Source of the DNA: an uncultured virus (IMG/VR IMGVR_UViG_3300005758_000005)
Taxonomy: Duplodnaviria > Heunggongvirae > Uroviricota > Caudoviricetes
Reading direction: 5' to 3' (one strand)
IMG/VR virus record: IMGVR_UViG_3300005758_000005
Span: 1-64,000 of that record
Length of the DNA: 64,000 bases
Part shown: in pieces, positions 19,291 through 28,548 of the stretch
How the letters are laid out: each line of letters starts with the position of its first letter
Numbering within the stretch: position 1 is the stretch's first letter
Program-made: the position numbers and the translations under genes
Notes under the pieces: generated by a model
The model's database searches: none
Told to the model about the DNA's origin: nothing
What the model saw: the letters and a program-made list of their open reading frames with translations, nothing else

Positions 19291-19991
19291 TAGTGTTCCT
19301 GTTGTAGTCTATCTCGGAGTGTTTTAATTTCCATACTAACAATTCTCTTATCATCTGAACATACAAGTTTTTCATGTAAGTTGATAAGAATTTCAAAAAT
19401 ATTAAGGGCTAAAACTCCTGCATTATCACGTTTTTCTTTAAGGTCCATGATTCTAGCAATTAATTTCTCAACCATGGCAGATCTTTTAAGTTTCAGCTCA
19501 TTATTCTTACCGCAATCGATCCCTCTTACTTCATCTAGTTCTGTCATAAGGGCTACAAGGGCTAATTGGTGTTCACGAAAGATCCAAGGAGCTATCATTT
19601 CTTCTCTTTGTTCATATCCTTTAAGTCCAGATACAGAGACTTTTCGGAAATCGCAGTGAGAATCCATGTGAGTTTTTACTTGAGTCCAGTTTAATCTTGC
19701 AGCATAATATTTATCAAAAAACTTAATTACAGCTTGAGGTTTCTTTCCGCTTTCAAGATAAACATGTTCGGCAAGAGTTCTAAATGGGCTTGAACATATA
19801 GCACATCGAGTTTCAGTATATTGAGGATAGTGAACATCTAAATAGGAATCTTGAGGTAATTGCTGAAGAGGTTGATCATCAAACTTAAGATCTGCGAAGA
19901 GTTTTATTTTTGGTTTTACTTCAATTAGGGAATCTGTTTCAGTAAGTTCTTCAATTATAGTAAAGTCGTTATTGTCAAATTTATCGTCCAT
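19290..19991 (-). CDS. Putative terminase small subunit (zinc-finger/helical)
   Basis: Overlaps the terL start by 1 nt; CAIC...HMDSH zinc-finger-like N-domain followed by helices; likely ATG 19991. Function inferred from position. Confidence 0.5.
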   Translation of the reverse strand: MDDKFDNNDFTIIEELTETDSLIEVKPKIKLFADLKFDDQPLQQLPQDSYLDVHYPQYTETRCAICSSPFRTLAEHVYLESGKKPQAVIKFFDKYYAARLNWTQVKTHMDSHCDFRKVSVSGLKGYEQREEMIAPWIFREHQLALVALMTELDEVRGIDCGKNNELKLKRSAMVEKLIARIMDLKEKRDNAGVLALNIFEILINLHEKLVCSDDKRIVSMEIKTLRDRLQQEH

Positions 19992-20004
19992 ATTTAGATT
20001 GTAC

Positions 20005-20034
20005 AAAAAAAAGAACCTCGGTTAAGAGGTTCTT
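20005..20034 (-). terminator. Rho-independent terminator
   Basis: AAGAACCTC-ggttaa-GAGGTTCTT stem with a U-run on the minus strand. Confidence 0.75.
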
Positions 20035-20060
20035 ATACTTTATGATATATTTAAATTATA

Positions 20061-20768
20061 TTAGATGTTAAGAGCTTTTTTAAGTCTTTCGTATGGACTT
20101 GTGGCATCTGCAGCATAAACAAGAAATTCATCTGCAAGGCCAAAACTCTCATAATTTCCTTGGGTATATTTTTCGCTATTAGATTTACCAAGATTAAGAT
20201 CAACTTCTGCTTCATGGTTTTTGATAGCTACTCTGAAGGTATTATTTCCAGTAGAAGCAATTTTAGCGGTGGAATTTTGTGCAGTAAGAACGTTGCCTAA
20301 TAAACACTCTTCGAACCATGGCTTTAATTCGCTATGAAGTGTTTGGAGTGCATTACTGTCTTTTTGTGCATATTCGGCTAATTTTACCAATGAATCAAAA
20401 GCCTTATTAGAAACTTTAACGATTGCATGGTCGCCTTGGCATAATCTCTTGGCGAATTCCTTAGCAGAAACATTCTTGAGGGTATTTTCTACAGCTGGTT
20501 TACAATCATCATACTTTGTTGGAACTACTGGGATAAATGTTGCTTTTTGGGCTTCCTTAACATTTTCTTGGAAGATAGAAGAAGCATACTTCTCTACCAT
20601 ATCAAGATCGAAATTTTCACTAGCTAAAATTTCAATAGCGTCTGATCTGTTGTAGCCTTGTTGCTTTAGATCTGACGCTAATCGTTGAATTAACATGCCT
20701 TGACCAGAACTATGAGACTTAAGCTCATTCCTCCAGTTATAAATAAAGTCATTTTTTGTTTCGTACAC
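20061..20768 (-). CDS. Hypothetical protein, probably virion-associated
   Basis: 235 aa; GTG start with AGGAG SD; RLAS, KYAS, KEAQ and KIAS motifs. Confidence 0.7.
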   Translation of the reverse strand: MYETKNDFIYNWRNELKSHSSGQGMLIQRLASDLKQQGYNRSDAIEILASENFDLDMVEKYASSIFQENVKEAQKATFIPVVPTKYDDCKPAVENTLKNVSAKEFAKRLCQGDHAIVKVSNKAFDSLVKLAEYAQKDSNALQTLHSELKPWFEECLLGNVLTAQNSTAKIASTGNNTFRVAIKNHEAEVDLNLGKSNSEKYTQGNYESFGLADEFLVYAADATSPYERLKKALNI

Positions 20769-20903
20769 TCTTATTATCTCCTGGTATAAAATTTTCTTTC
20801 AAGCCCCTAAAATAAAAATAAGGGCCACGAAGAAAGGCAACCCAAGAAGAAGAGCAAGAAAGAAGAAGAACACATAAGATATAATGCAAAATTTTTGGGC
20901 AAA

Positions 20904-21455
20904 TTATACTATTTCTTCTTCTAGTAATTTCTTAAGTGATTCTAATGCTCGTTCTAATCTTCTTGAAAACGATGCTTGGGTAATTTTCAATAATTCTGCA
21001 GCTTCTTCTTGAGTATATTCTTCAAAGAAATATAACTTAATTGCCTCTCTTTGTTTTTCTTTCAATTTAAGCAATGCATCTTTTATTACAATTTTATCCA
21101 ATATTCTATTAAATGGATCACTGGCTTTTAGTTCTTGAATTTCTTGTTCATCAATTTCTTCAAGATGCGTGAATTTGCATTTGATGAGATTAACAATTGC
21201 TCTATCTATTCTTGTTGCTAAGTAATATGAAAAGAAAGATAATTCTGGATCATAAAGTTCTACAAGCTTCTTAAAGATAAAATAAGATTCTTGAATTACA
21301 TCCTCTACATATCTTATAGAATTATATTTAACTGTGCATCTTCTAATTGATGTTCTAATTAAGGGAGTATAGAATTCGTAAAGTTTATTTAAAGAATATT
21401 GATCATTATTTTTAGCTTTTTCTACCAGCTTATTTATTTCTTCATAATTGTCCAT
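20904..21455 (-). CDS. RNA polymerase sigma-70 family factor (ECF-sized)
   Basis: Region 2 (LVEKAK...EDVIQE...YDPELSFFSYY) and region 4 HTH (LKEKQREAIKLYFFEEYTQEEAAELLKITQASFSRRLERA). Confidence 0.88.
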   Translation of the reverse strand: MDNYEEINKLVEKAKNNDQYSLNKLYEFYTPLIRTSIRRCTVKYNSIRYVEDVIQESYFIFKKLVELYDPELSFFSYYLATRIDRAIVNLIKCKFTHLEEIDEQEIQELKASDPFNRILDKIVIKDALLKLKEKQREAIKLYFFEEYTQEEAAELLKITQASFSRRLERALESLKKLLEEEIV

Positions 21456-22488
21456 TGGTTAAACTCTTTATATAAACTTTATCTGAAAGAGCTAAAGCTA
21501 ATCTTGGGAATACAATATTTTCTTTAACGTTATTTCTCAAATCTATTATACTGTTCACTGTAGATAGATACATGTTGGTTATTTCTTCAGTATTGTTTTT
21601 GAAATTATTGTAAGCAATTTTAGCTCTGATTGGATTAGGAGCTGGTATATTGATATTCTTTATTTCTGCATATCCATTGTCGAAATATTTGTTAATGAAA
21701 TCTTCTAATTTAATAAGTTTATCAATTTCTTGGATATTCAGATTTTTTTCTTTAATTTCAGCTATAGAGAAATAAAAATTTAATTGAGAAAGTAAGATCA
21801 TTAAAGTCGCTTGATGACCATGGCTTTTATTTAAATTATCTAAGCCTTGGAGAATTTTTTTAGAATCTTGTTGAAAGCAATCGTTTATAAAATCAAATAT
21901 ATTGTCATCGTTAGAAAAGTTGCAATCATTAAAGTCTTCTAAAGTAAGTGGTCTATCAAATGCAGATGTAAGTTTGTGAATTTCATTTGTAAGAAGATAT
22001 AGATTATAAACAATAGCATCTTTCTTGACATTATTTTCCTTAATTTTAATTGTTTCTGTCGGGCAATTATTTAAAAGGAATTGAAAAGCTTCATTTGTCA
22101 TTTGAATATTGCCAAGAAACTTTTTGAGATTATTCTGATCGTTCACTAAGATAGGTTGAATATTAACAATTCTTTTATATTTTTGGCAGTTTTTAGAAAA
22201 AGATGATCTCATATCTAAGGAATCATTTATAGCAAAAATTCCGATAATATTTGATATGTTTTCCACATTGTCATTAATAAGCTTTAGAATCTCAGCTTTG
22301 GGATTAATGATTTTGAATACTCTTTGATTTGAGAAAATATTGAATTGAAATAAGCTCTTGTGGATTGTATTTAAATCAGCATCATTATCAAAAAATATCA
22401 GATCCTTGGAATTAACCAAAGATCTGAAATGCATGTTAGATAAGAAATCATCCCCTGTGTATACAAAAATATTATCCCACTTGTTCAT
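21442..22488 (-). CDS. holA: DNA polymerase III delta subunit-like (clamp loader)
   Basis: IFVYTGDDFL, SLFQFNIFSNQRV, LLTNEIHKL, NIFDFIND follow the HolA layout; lies next to dnaN. Confidence 0.6.
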   Translation of the reverse strand: MNKWDNIFVYTGDDFLSNMHFRSLVNSKDLIFFDNDADLNTIHKSLFQFNIFSNQRVFKIINPKAEILKLINDNVENISNIIGIFAINDSLDMRSSFSKNCQKYKRIVNIQPILVNDQNNLKKFLGNIQMTNEAFQFLLNNCPTETIKIKENNVKKDAIVYNLYLLTNEIHKLTSAFDRPLTLEDFNDCNFSNDDNIFDFINDCFQQDSKKILQGLDNLNKSHGHQATLMILLSQLNFYFSIAEIKEKNLNIQEIDKLIKLEDFINKYFDNGYAEIKNINIPAPNPIRAKIAYNNFKNNTEEITNMYLSTVNSIIDLRNNVKENIVFPRLALALSDKVYIKSLTNGQL

Positions 22489-23590
22489 TTGCTTTGACCG
22501 GGAATATCATATGATTGATATCCTTATTATTACACAGTATACCATAGCTGTTCTCATTAATTTCTTTAAATTCAAATTCTAGTTTAAGATCCTGAAATAA
22601 GTCAAAATATTTTAAAAAAGATCTATGGGATACAAGAGTCTCACATTGTCCATCTATTTCTTCACAGTCTAATGAATACTTCAAAATTCCAACACTATCA
22701 TCAGCTGCAGAAATATTGAGTTTTTCATCAAGCTGTAATTTAATATAAGAATCTTTAGCAATCAATGAAGAAAGTTTTAGTGCATTTTGTAATTCACTTG
22801 ATAAGACTTTTACTTTAGCAATGGTTGGTTTTTCGATCCATACCTTTAGATCTGGAAAATTTTGAGAACCTTCCAGTAAAGAAGTATAGATTGTATTTCC
22901 CCAAGATATTTTAAAATGTTTCTTACATGGCCAAATCTTAATTTTACTATCTTGAATATTTAATGAAGATAAGAAATCAACAGCCTCTTTAGGTATGAGA
23001 AAAACATGGCTTTTATTGCAGTTTAAGCGACTTTCTTTTTGAACTATAGATATTCTTCCAAGATCACAAGATTCAGCTCTAATATGATTAAAATCAACTG
23101 TAAACTTTAAAGCTGTCAAGGGAGCATTTTGCCATTCAGAACTTACAGAAAAATATGTATTCTTGATTAATCCCATGAATAAATTTGATTCTATTTCAAA
23201 TTCATCATCTGTGGATAAAGGTTTAAATGAAGAAAAGTCATCACCTTTACCACAAGGAAATGCCATCTTTGTTTTCTTGTTTCCAGCAATTAATGCATTA
23301 TCATCTTGCTTATAGACACATTGAATCTTATCTTCAGGAAATTGATTAAAAAACTCTAAAAATAATGCAGCATTAATTGAAAACTGAAAATCATCTCCTT
23401 TATCTAAACTTTCATATGGCAGAATGATACTTTGTTCAGATATCTCGTTAATTGAAACGATACAAAGAATCTCATCTTTCTTGTAAATTAAAAATTCAGA
23501 ATCTGCTTTGCCCTTTGATTTAGTATTACAAGTTTTCAAGGCTTGTTTTAAAATAGGCAAAGTGGAAGTTCTAGAAAATGTAATTTTCAA
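22472..23590 (-). CDS. dnaN: DNA polymerase III beta sliding clamp
   Basis: 372 aa; MKITFSR, AESCDLGRIS, FLIPKEAV, SLLEGSQNFPD are DnaN-like motifs. Confidence 0.8.
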   Translation of the reverse strand: MKITFSRTSTLPILKQALKTCNTKSKGKADSEFLIYKKDEILCIVSINEISEQSIILPYESLDKGDDFQFSINAALFLEFFNQFPEDKIQCVYKQDDNALIAGNKKTKMAFPCGKGDDFSSFKPLSTDDEFEIESNLFMGLIKNTYFSVSSEWQNAPLTALKFTVDFNHIRAESCDLGRISIVQKESRLNCNKSHVFLIPKEAVDFLSSLNIQDSKIKIWPCKKHFKISWGNTIYTSLLEGSQNFPDLKVWIEKPTIAKVKVLSSELQNALKLSSLIAKDSYIKLQLDEKLNISAADDSVGILKYSLDCEEIDGQCETLVSHRSFLKYFDLFQDLKLEFEFKEINENSYGILCNNKDINHMIFPVKANEQVG

Positions 23591-24585
23591 TGAAGTTGCC
23601 CTTGGAATTCAATTTCGATGCCTGGATTGTATTTCATGATTTGACTCATTATGCAAAGCATAAACGAACCTTCATCATCAACAAAATGAAGTTTCCCATC
23701 TTCATACCAATCCCAACCATTTTCAACTTGAGCTAAAACATCCATTTTATTCACAATGAGTTTAGTAACACCATTCATTTGACAAGCTTGATTTACTTCA
23801 TCAAGATTCAACCAGTCTATTTGTCTTGGTCGTCCCGTAGTGGCTCCGTATTCTTGACCAATCTCACGCAACTTTTCAAATCTGTCGTCGTGTACTTGCT
23901 GGTAATCTTTGGCTCCAACATAGGTAGAATAACACTTGATAACCCCGACAACATTCCGTATTTGCTGATAATTGAAACCATTATTTAAAACTGCTCCTAC
24001 TCCTGTATTTGAAGATGTGACATATGGATAATCGCCAAAGTCAATATCTAGCCAATATCCTTGAGCACCTTCAGCTAAAAATTTTTTTGGAGACGAATGA
24101 ATAAGAGTATGCATATTCACAAGATAAGGTTGTAATTCAGGCACATCTTTGGCACGAATTCCTGTACGAGACACTTTATCCCGATAACAAGGACCATTTC
24201 CAGTACGTGTTGTTCCAATCTTAGTATCTTTGGAATCTTCTTCGATATGATCTCTAGTAATTATATGAGCGTTTTCAGCAATACGTAAGATCGATGTATC
24301 AAAACCAAGATTTTCTAGATATTCGATTTCTTCGAATAACTTCTGGGTATTAATAACACATCCGTTGCCAATTACGCTAGGTATCCCATGAAGTATGCCA
24401 CAAGGAACTAGGTGTGTAACAATTTTCTCTCCTTTGAGGTAAATTGTATGACCAGCATTTCCTCCACCGTTAAAACGAATCACATAATCATATTCGCCAG
24501 ATGCAGCCATTTGATTAGCTATCTTGCCCTTACCCTCATCGCCATATTGCATTCCAATTACGACATCAACAACTGAAGTTTCCAT
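23587..24585 (-). CDS. purA: Adenylosuccinate synthetase (short form)
   Basis: QYGDEGKGK, GGGNAGHT, IGTTRTGNGP, EGAQG, YPYVTSS, EYGATTGRPR, NKMDVL. Confidence 0.95.
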   Translation of the reverse strand: METSVVDVVIGMQYGDEGKGKIANQMAASGEYDYVIRFNGGGNAGHTIYLKGEKIVTHLVPCGILHGIPSVIGNGCVINTQKLFEEIEYLENLGFDTSILRIAENAHIITRDHIEEDSKDTKIGTTRTGNGPCYRDKVSRTGIRAKDVPELQPYLVNMHTLIHSSPKKFLAEGAQGYWLDIDFGDYPYVTSSNTGVGAVLNNGFNYQQIRNVVGVIKCYSTYVGAKDYQQVHDDRFEKLREIGQEYGATTGRPRQIDWLNLDEVNQACQMNGVTKLIVNKMDVLAQVENGWDWYEDGKLHFVDDEGSFMLCIMSQIMKYNPGIEIEFQGQLH

Positions 24586-24619
24586 GTCTTATTATATCGG
24601 ATTTTGCAATTAAATCAAG
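24586..24619 (-). promoter_or_regulatory. SigmaA-type promoter giving a probably leaderless purA mRNA
   Basis: TTGATT-N16-TATAAT-aagac-ATG, with no SD. Confidence 0.6.
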
Positions 24620-24658
24620 ATTCAAATAGGCTGATTTCGATTTCTTTGTTATGTTCTT

Positions 24659-25390
24659 CTACTCGTTTTTCTTATCTTTACTTTGGATGTATTCTTCTAT
24701 TACTATGATTTCTTCTCTATATAATGAGCCTTCAAATTTGTGATTGGCATCTTTATAGACTGTGTATACATCTGTGGCTTTTTTTCTGATTCGAGTAAGA
24801 GCATTGTCTACACATTTTGCTGGAACATTTAGATTTTTTGAGATTTCTTTGTAAGTAGAATCGTATCCATATTCTTCAAAGATCTCAGTTTCTAATGGTG
24901 TAAGTTTTTTCTTTAAAATTTTTGATGCTTCTTCTAATTCTTCTTTAAGTAGAATGTCATCAATGATTTGAGTTTCTCTTGGTTCACCAAATGGATTATC
25001 TCTATCTGGAATGAAATCTGCTAAAGTTTGTAAATTTCCATCATCTCCTAAAATAATTGGAGCATCTAATGAAATAGATTCGTTTAAAATTGTATTCTTC
25101 ATTCGCTTTGCTGAAGAAATAGCTGTCGCAAGGTGTCTTTTACAAACTAAATTTACACAGAAATTTTTAAATGTTGTATCTTTAGTGCAGTCAAATGAAT
25201 TTATTGCTTTGAGAACTCCTAGTCTGAGTTCTTGTAAAACATCTTCTTTATCAGATCCCAATATAAAGAAGTGAAAAGTTAATTTCTTTAAATCTGGTTC
25301 AACCATTTTAAGAAGGGTGTCAAATGCTCTATTGTCACCCTTCTTAGCCTTTTCAACCAATCTTACTATTCTAACAGTTTCTGCTGCCAT
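24659..25390 (-). CDS. sigH: SigH-like RNA polymerase sigma factor
   Basis: FFILGSDKEDVLQE...F...FKNF...KRHLATAISSAKRMKNTILNESISLDAPI and TYKEISKNLNVPAKCVDNALTRIRKK parallel Bacillota SigH. Likely ATG 25390 with GGAGG SD. Confidence 0.85.
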   Translation of the reverse strand: MAAETVRIVRLVEKAKKGDNRAFDTLLKMVEPDLKKLTFHFFILGSDKEDVLQELRLGVLKAINSFDCTKDTTFKNFCVNLVCKRHLATAISSAKRMKNTILNESISLDAPIILGDDGNLQTLADFIPDRDNPFGEPRETQIIDDILLKEELEEASKILKKKLTPLETEIFEEYGYDSTYKEISKNLNVPAKCVDNALTRIRKKATDVYTVYKDANHKFEGSLYREEIIVIEEYIQSKDKKNE

Positions 25391-25421
25391 AATTTCCTCC
25401 ACGGCAGCAATCAATTTTAAA

Positions 25422-26495
25422 TCATTTGTTACTTTGAGCAACAATCCCAATAGCTTTTAATACTGCTGTTTTAACAACAATATCTTCAGAAACGTTTTGC
25501 CGTATTTTTAATATTACATCCCAAAAATATTCATTTAGATTTAAAATTACATTTCCCTTTATCAATGCTCCTGAAAATTCATTAACATATTCATCAACAA
25601 AATTATCATCTTTCAATAATTTAAATCGAAGAACATTCATCAAAATTTCTGACATATCTTGAAGAATTTGACCTAAATCTCTTCCCTCTAAATGGCATGT
25701 TTCTACAATCCTAAATGATTTAGCTCTATCCATGTTTAGAATTGCATGAAGCAACTCTACTGATAGATGTTTTGGACTTTTGCCTAACAGTTCACGAACA
25801 TTATCATCTGTTGCGCCAATTGTAGAGACTTGTTCCAAAATAGCTAACGCAGTCCTTACACTTCCTTGTGATTCTTTGGCAATTAATTTTAAGCCTTCAG
25901 AATTTGAAGTTATTAATTCTTTTTTTACAATATTATCTAATATAGTTATAATATCTAACTCTGAAACCTTTTTAAGATGAAAATGTTGACATCTTGTTTT
26001 AATTGCTGGAAGAACTTTATTAGCATCTGTTGTGCAAAAAAAGAATTTTACATATGCTGGTGGTTCCTCTACAATCTTCAATAGTGAATTCTGTGCCTGA
26101 GGTGTTAGCATGTGACATTCATCAAAAATAAAGATCTTGTATTCTCCAATAGATGGCTGAATTCTAATCTTTTCGGCTACATTTTCACGAATATTGTCAA
26201 TGCCATTATTAACAGCACAATTAATCTCAATCAAGTCTCGATGAGAGTCATTCATTATAAGTTTAGATGACTGAGAATTCAAATCAGGATTAGGGTCATT
26301 TTCAGGACGATTTTCACAAAGCAAAGACATAGCAACAAGGCGAGCTAAAGTTGTCTTTCCAGTGCCAGGAGGACCAGAAAGGAGATACGCATGTGAAGTT
26401 TTATCGTGAACAATTTGTGCACTAAATATCTTAGTTGCAAAAGGTTGAATAACAGAATCAAAACTTACTGGTCTATATTTATTGTAAAGGCTCAT
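25422..26495 (-). CDS. dnaX: DNA polymerase III gamma/tau subunit (gamma-length)
   Basis: LYNKYRPVSF, HAYLLSGPPGTGKTT, KIFIFDECHML, LLKIVEEPP, IKTRCQ, GSVRTAL. Confidence 0.93.
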   Translation of the reverse strand: MSLYNKYRPVSFDSVIQPFATKIFSAQIVHDKTSHAYLLSGPPGTGKTTLARLVAMSLLCENRPENDPNPDLNSQSSKLIMNDSHRDLIEINCAVNNGIDNIRENVAEKIRIQPSIGEYKIFIFDECHMLTPQAQNSLLKIVEEPPAYVKFFFCTTDANKVLPAIKTRCQHFHLKKVSELDIITILDNIVKKELITSNSEGLKLIAKESQGSVRTALAILEQVSTIGATDDNVRELLGKSPKHLSVELLHAILNMDRAKSFRIVETCHLEGRDLGQILQDMSEILMNVLRFKLLKDDNFVDEYVNEFSGALIKGNVILNLNEYFWDVILKIRQNVSEDIVVKTAVLKAIGIVAQSNK

Positions 26496-26835
26496 CGAAA
26501 CTCACTTTAAGTAAAAAATCTGGATCTTGATCCTCTGTCCAATCTAAATCTCTATCATAAAATTCAAATTGACAAATCCAAGGAACCAAAATGCCACCAC
26601 AAATTATATCACTAAAATCTTCTTGTTCAATACTATAAGTAATATTTTGTTCATCTAATTTTGCAACTACAATACTGATATCAGATTCTTCTTCGCAATA
26701 TATATAAGAATTATCATCTGAGCAATCTTGAAATGAATAGCTAGAAATTATCTTAGATATTTTGAGTTTTCTAAGTAACTTTCTGGGAACTTTCAAATAA
26801 GAATTTTCTGAATCTGAATATAATTTAAGTTTCAA
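26479..26835 (-). CDS. Hypothetical protein
   Basis: 118-aa ORF overlapping both neighbours. Confidence 0.6.
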   Translation of the reverse strand: MKLKLYSDSENSYLKVPRKLLRKLKISKIISSYSFQDCSDDNSYIYCEEESDISIVVAKLDEQNITYSIEQEDFSDIICGGILVPWICQFEFYDRDLDWTEDQDPDFLLKVSFDEPLQ

Positions 26836-27317
26836 AAATCATACTCCTGAGGTAGTGGTATTTCGAGCGGATTTTTAGAATTAAGCAAGGAAGGAAGCAT
26901 ATCATCAGTTTCCCATTTTGCACTTATTCCATTCTTGACAAAAAACTCAACAATAAACCCATAATCTTCTATATCAGGCTTTCTAAGTTTTCCATCATTG
27001 TTTTGACCAATTGAATACAGACATCTAAATAGTTGCCACTCTTTCTGCGGATCATTTAGCTGCTTCCAATCATCAGACCAGACTGAAAAACAATAGTGCT
27101 TAGGGTCTCCACTTTTAGTAATCACAAGATCTCTTACCCAAGATTTATTTACTCCATCCATTGAACAGACTGGTGCAGATTTTGGCTTGACTCCATCAAT
27201 TTCACAAAAATGGATGTTATCAATATCAGCATGGCCAATATAAACATAATATCTCTCAATTAATTTTTCAGCTAATCTTTTGATATCTGGTGCGTCATAA
27301 AATTCTACATTATTCAA
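26832..27317 (-). CDS. Phage metallopeptidase-like protein lacking HExxH
   Basis: APDIKRLAEKLI...WKQLNDPQK...KLRKPDIEDY resembles the putative phage metallopeptidase family, but the expected HExxH position reads FRCLYS. GGAG SD. Confidence 0.5.
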   Translation of the reverse strand: MNNVEFYDAPDIKRLAEKLIERYYVYIGHADIDNIHFCEIDGVKPKSAPVCSMDGVNKSWVRDLVITKSGDPKHYCFSVWSDDWKQLNDPQKEWQLFRCLYSIGQNNDGKLRKPDIEDYGFIVEFFVKNGISAKWETDDMLPSLLNSKNPLEIPLPQEYDF

Positions 27318-27333
27318 TTTATTTTCTCCAAAA

Positions 27334-27361
27334 ATAAACCCGCCAGATTCGACGGGTTTAT
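27334..27361 (-). terminator. Rho-independent terminator
   Basis: ATAAACCCG...CGGGTTTAT stem with a U-tract on the minus strand. Confidence 0.65.
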
Positions 27362-27364
27362 AAA

Positions 27365-27697
27365 CTAAATACTAAGTTGTGTTACAGCAACTACCTGACC
27401 ATTTTCATCTCGAATCGCAGAAGGTCCAGTATCTACACAAAATACATCTTCTCTTTGAAATGGAATATAATCCATACAAAGTCTACTTACAATATAATAA
27501 GTTCCATCTTCAGGTTCTGGTAAGTTTACAAGCTTAATAAATTCTGTTTTTGCAATTGGAACACCAGCTAACTTACCAATAATCATTTGTTCGGTTTCTA
27601 CACGACAAGGATTATCAGCTCTAGGTAATGTTGCATGACCTGAGATTGTAATATCATGTCCAATAAGATTTACAAACTTTTTAAATTCTGGATACAT
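27365..27697 (-). CDS. Conserved phage hypothetical protein
   Basis: NLIGHDITI...LPEPEDGTYYIVSRL...IRDENGQVV is a pattern recalled from a small phage protein family. Confidence 0.7.
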   Translation of the reverse strand: MYPEFKKFVNLIGHDITISGHATLPRADNPCRVETEQMIIGKLAGVPIAKTEFIKLVNLPEPEDGTYYIVSRLCMDYIPFQREDVFCVDTGPSAIRDENGQVVAVTQLSI

Positions 27698-28185
27698 TAA
27701 ACTCCAGTACTCCCAAATCCACCTTCTCGATCTTCATTAGAACTAGATGTAAATTCTTCTACTACCTTAAACTCAATTTCAGGAAGTTTGCAGATTACAA
27801 GTTGAGCAATTCTATCTCCGTGCTTAACTACAAAGCCATTCTTTGAATGATTGTGAAGAATTACCTTGACTTCGAAATTCTCTCCTGAACCAGAAAAATC
27901 AGCATCAACTGTACCTGGAGAATTCAATACAACAACTGAGTTCTTTGCTGCTAATCCAGAGCGAGATCTAACTTGAACTTCATAGCCTTTAGGAATATTA
28001 ACATTCAAACCAGTTTTAATTAGTTTGGTGTCATTTGCAGTCACTAAAATCTGATTGTCATAAGAATCTAAACACCAAGCATGAACATCATATCCAGCTG
28101 CATTCGATGTTGACTTGACTGGATATATTACTCCGTCACGAAACGCCTTAATCTCTACTACTTCTTCACTCTTCATTTTTCTCAT
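27697..28185 (-). CDS. dut: dUTPase (trimeric type)
   Basis: AAGYDV, RSRSGLA, NSPGTVDADF, GDRIAQLV, REGGFGSTG; likely ATG 28185 with GGAGG SD. Confidence 0.95.
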   Translation of the reverse strand: MRKMKSEEVVEIKAFRDGVIYPVKSTSNAAGYDVHAWCLDSYDNQILVTANDTKLIKTGLNVNIPKGYEVQVRSRSGLAAKNSVVVLNSPGTVDADFSGSGENFEVKVILHNHSKNGFVVKHGDRIAQLVICKLPEIEFKVVEEFTSSSNEDREGGFGSTGV

Positions 28186-28513
28186 ATAAATCCTCCGGGT
28201 TGAACTGACTTGCGCTAGTATCAATTACAAGTTTAACAGGCTTTTCTCTAGAGCGCAAGGCTGTAGCAAAATTATATAACTCTCGTCCTTGCAAATTAGA
28301 TTTCATACCAGTAATCGCTCTAATATCATCTAAAGAAAGTATGCTGCTAAAAATCTTTTCAGTTTCTACATCCTGTAACATTAACCAAAGTGTCTTTACT
28401 ACAGAAGGTTCGTCCTCTGTTCCTTCGTCTTCTTTAATTGAAGCATCTATAATTTTTAACAATCTCTCTTGTTTAGCCATATGTATTAACCTGCCCTCAG
28501 AATATTTTACCAT
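28166..28513 (-). CDS. Hypothetical protein
   Basis: 115-aa ORF (alternative ATG 28480) overlapping the dut start. Confidence 0.6.
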   Translation of the reverse strand: MVKYSEGRLIHMAKQERLLKIIDASIKEDEGTEDEPSVVKTLWLMLQDVETEKIFSSILSLDDIRAITGMKSNLQGRELYNFATALRSREKPVKLVIDTSASQFNPEDLYEKNEE

Positions 28514-28520
28514 GAAAAGA

Positions 28521-28548
28521 AAAAAGAGGAGATTTCTCTCCTCTTTTT
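28521..28548 (-). terminator. Rho-independent terminator (GAAA loop)
   Basis: AAAAAGAGGAGA-tttc-TCTCCTCTTTTT. Confidence 0.8.

Noticed and set aside
23587..24585. purA as PurZ (2-aminoadenine Z-genome pathway)
   Set aside because: It retains the canonical PurA Asp in GDEGKG (PurZ has Ser there), and no dATPase or MazZ-like neighbours are in the window.
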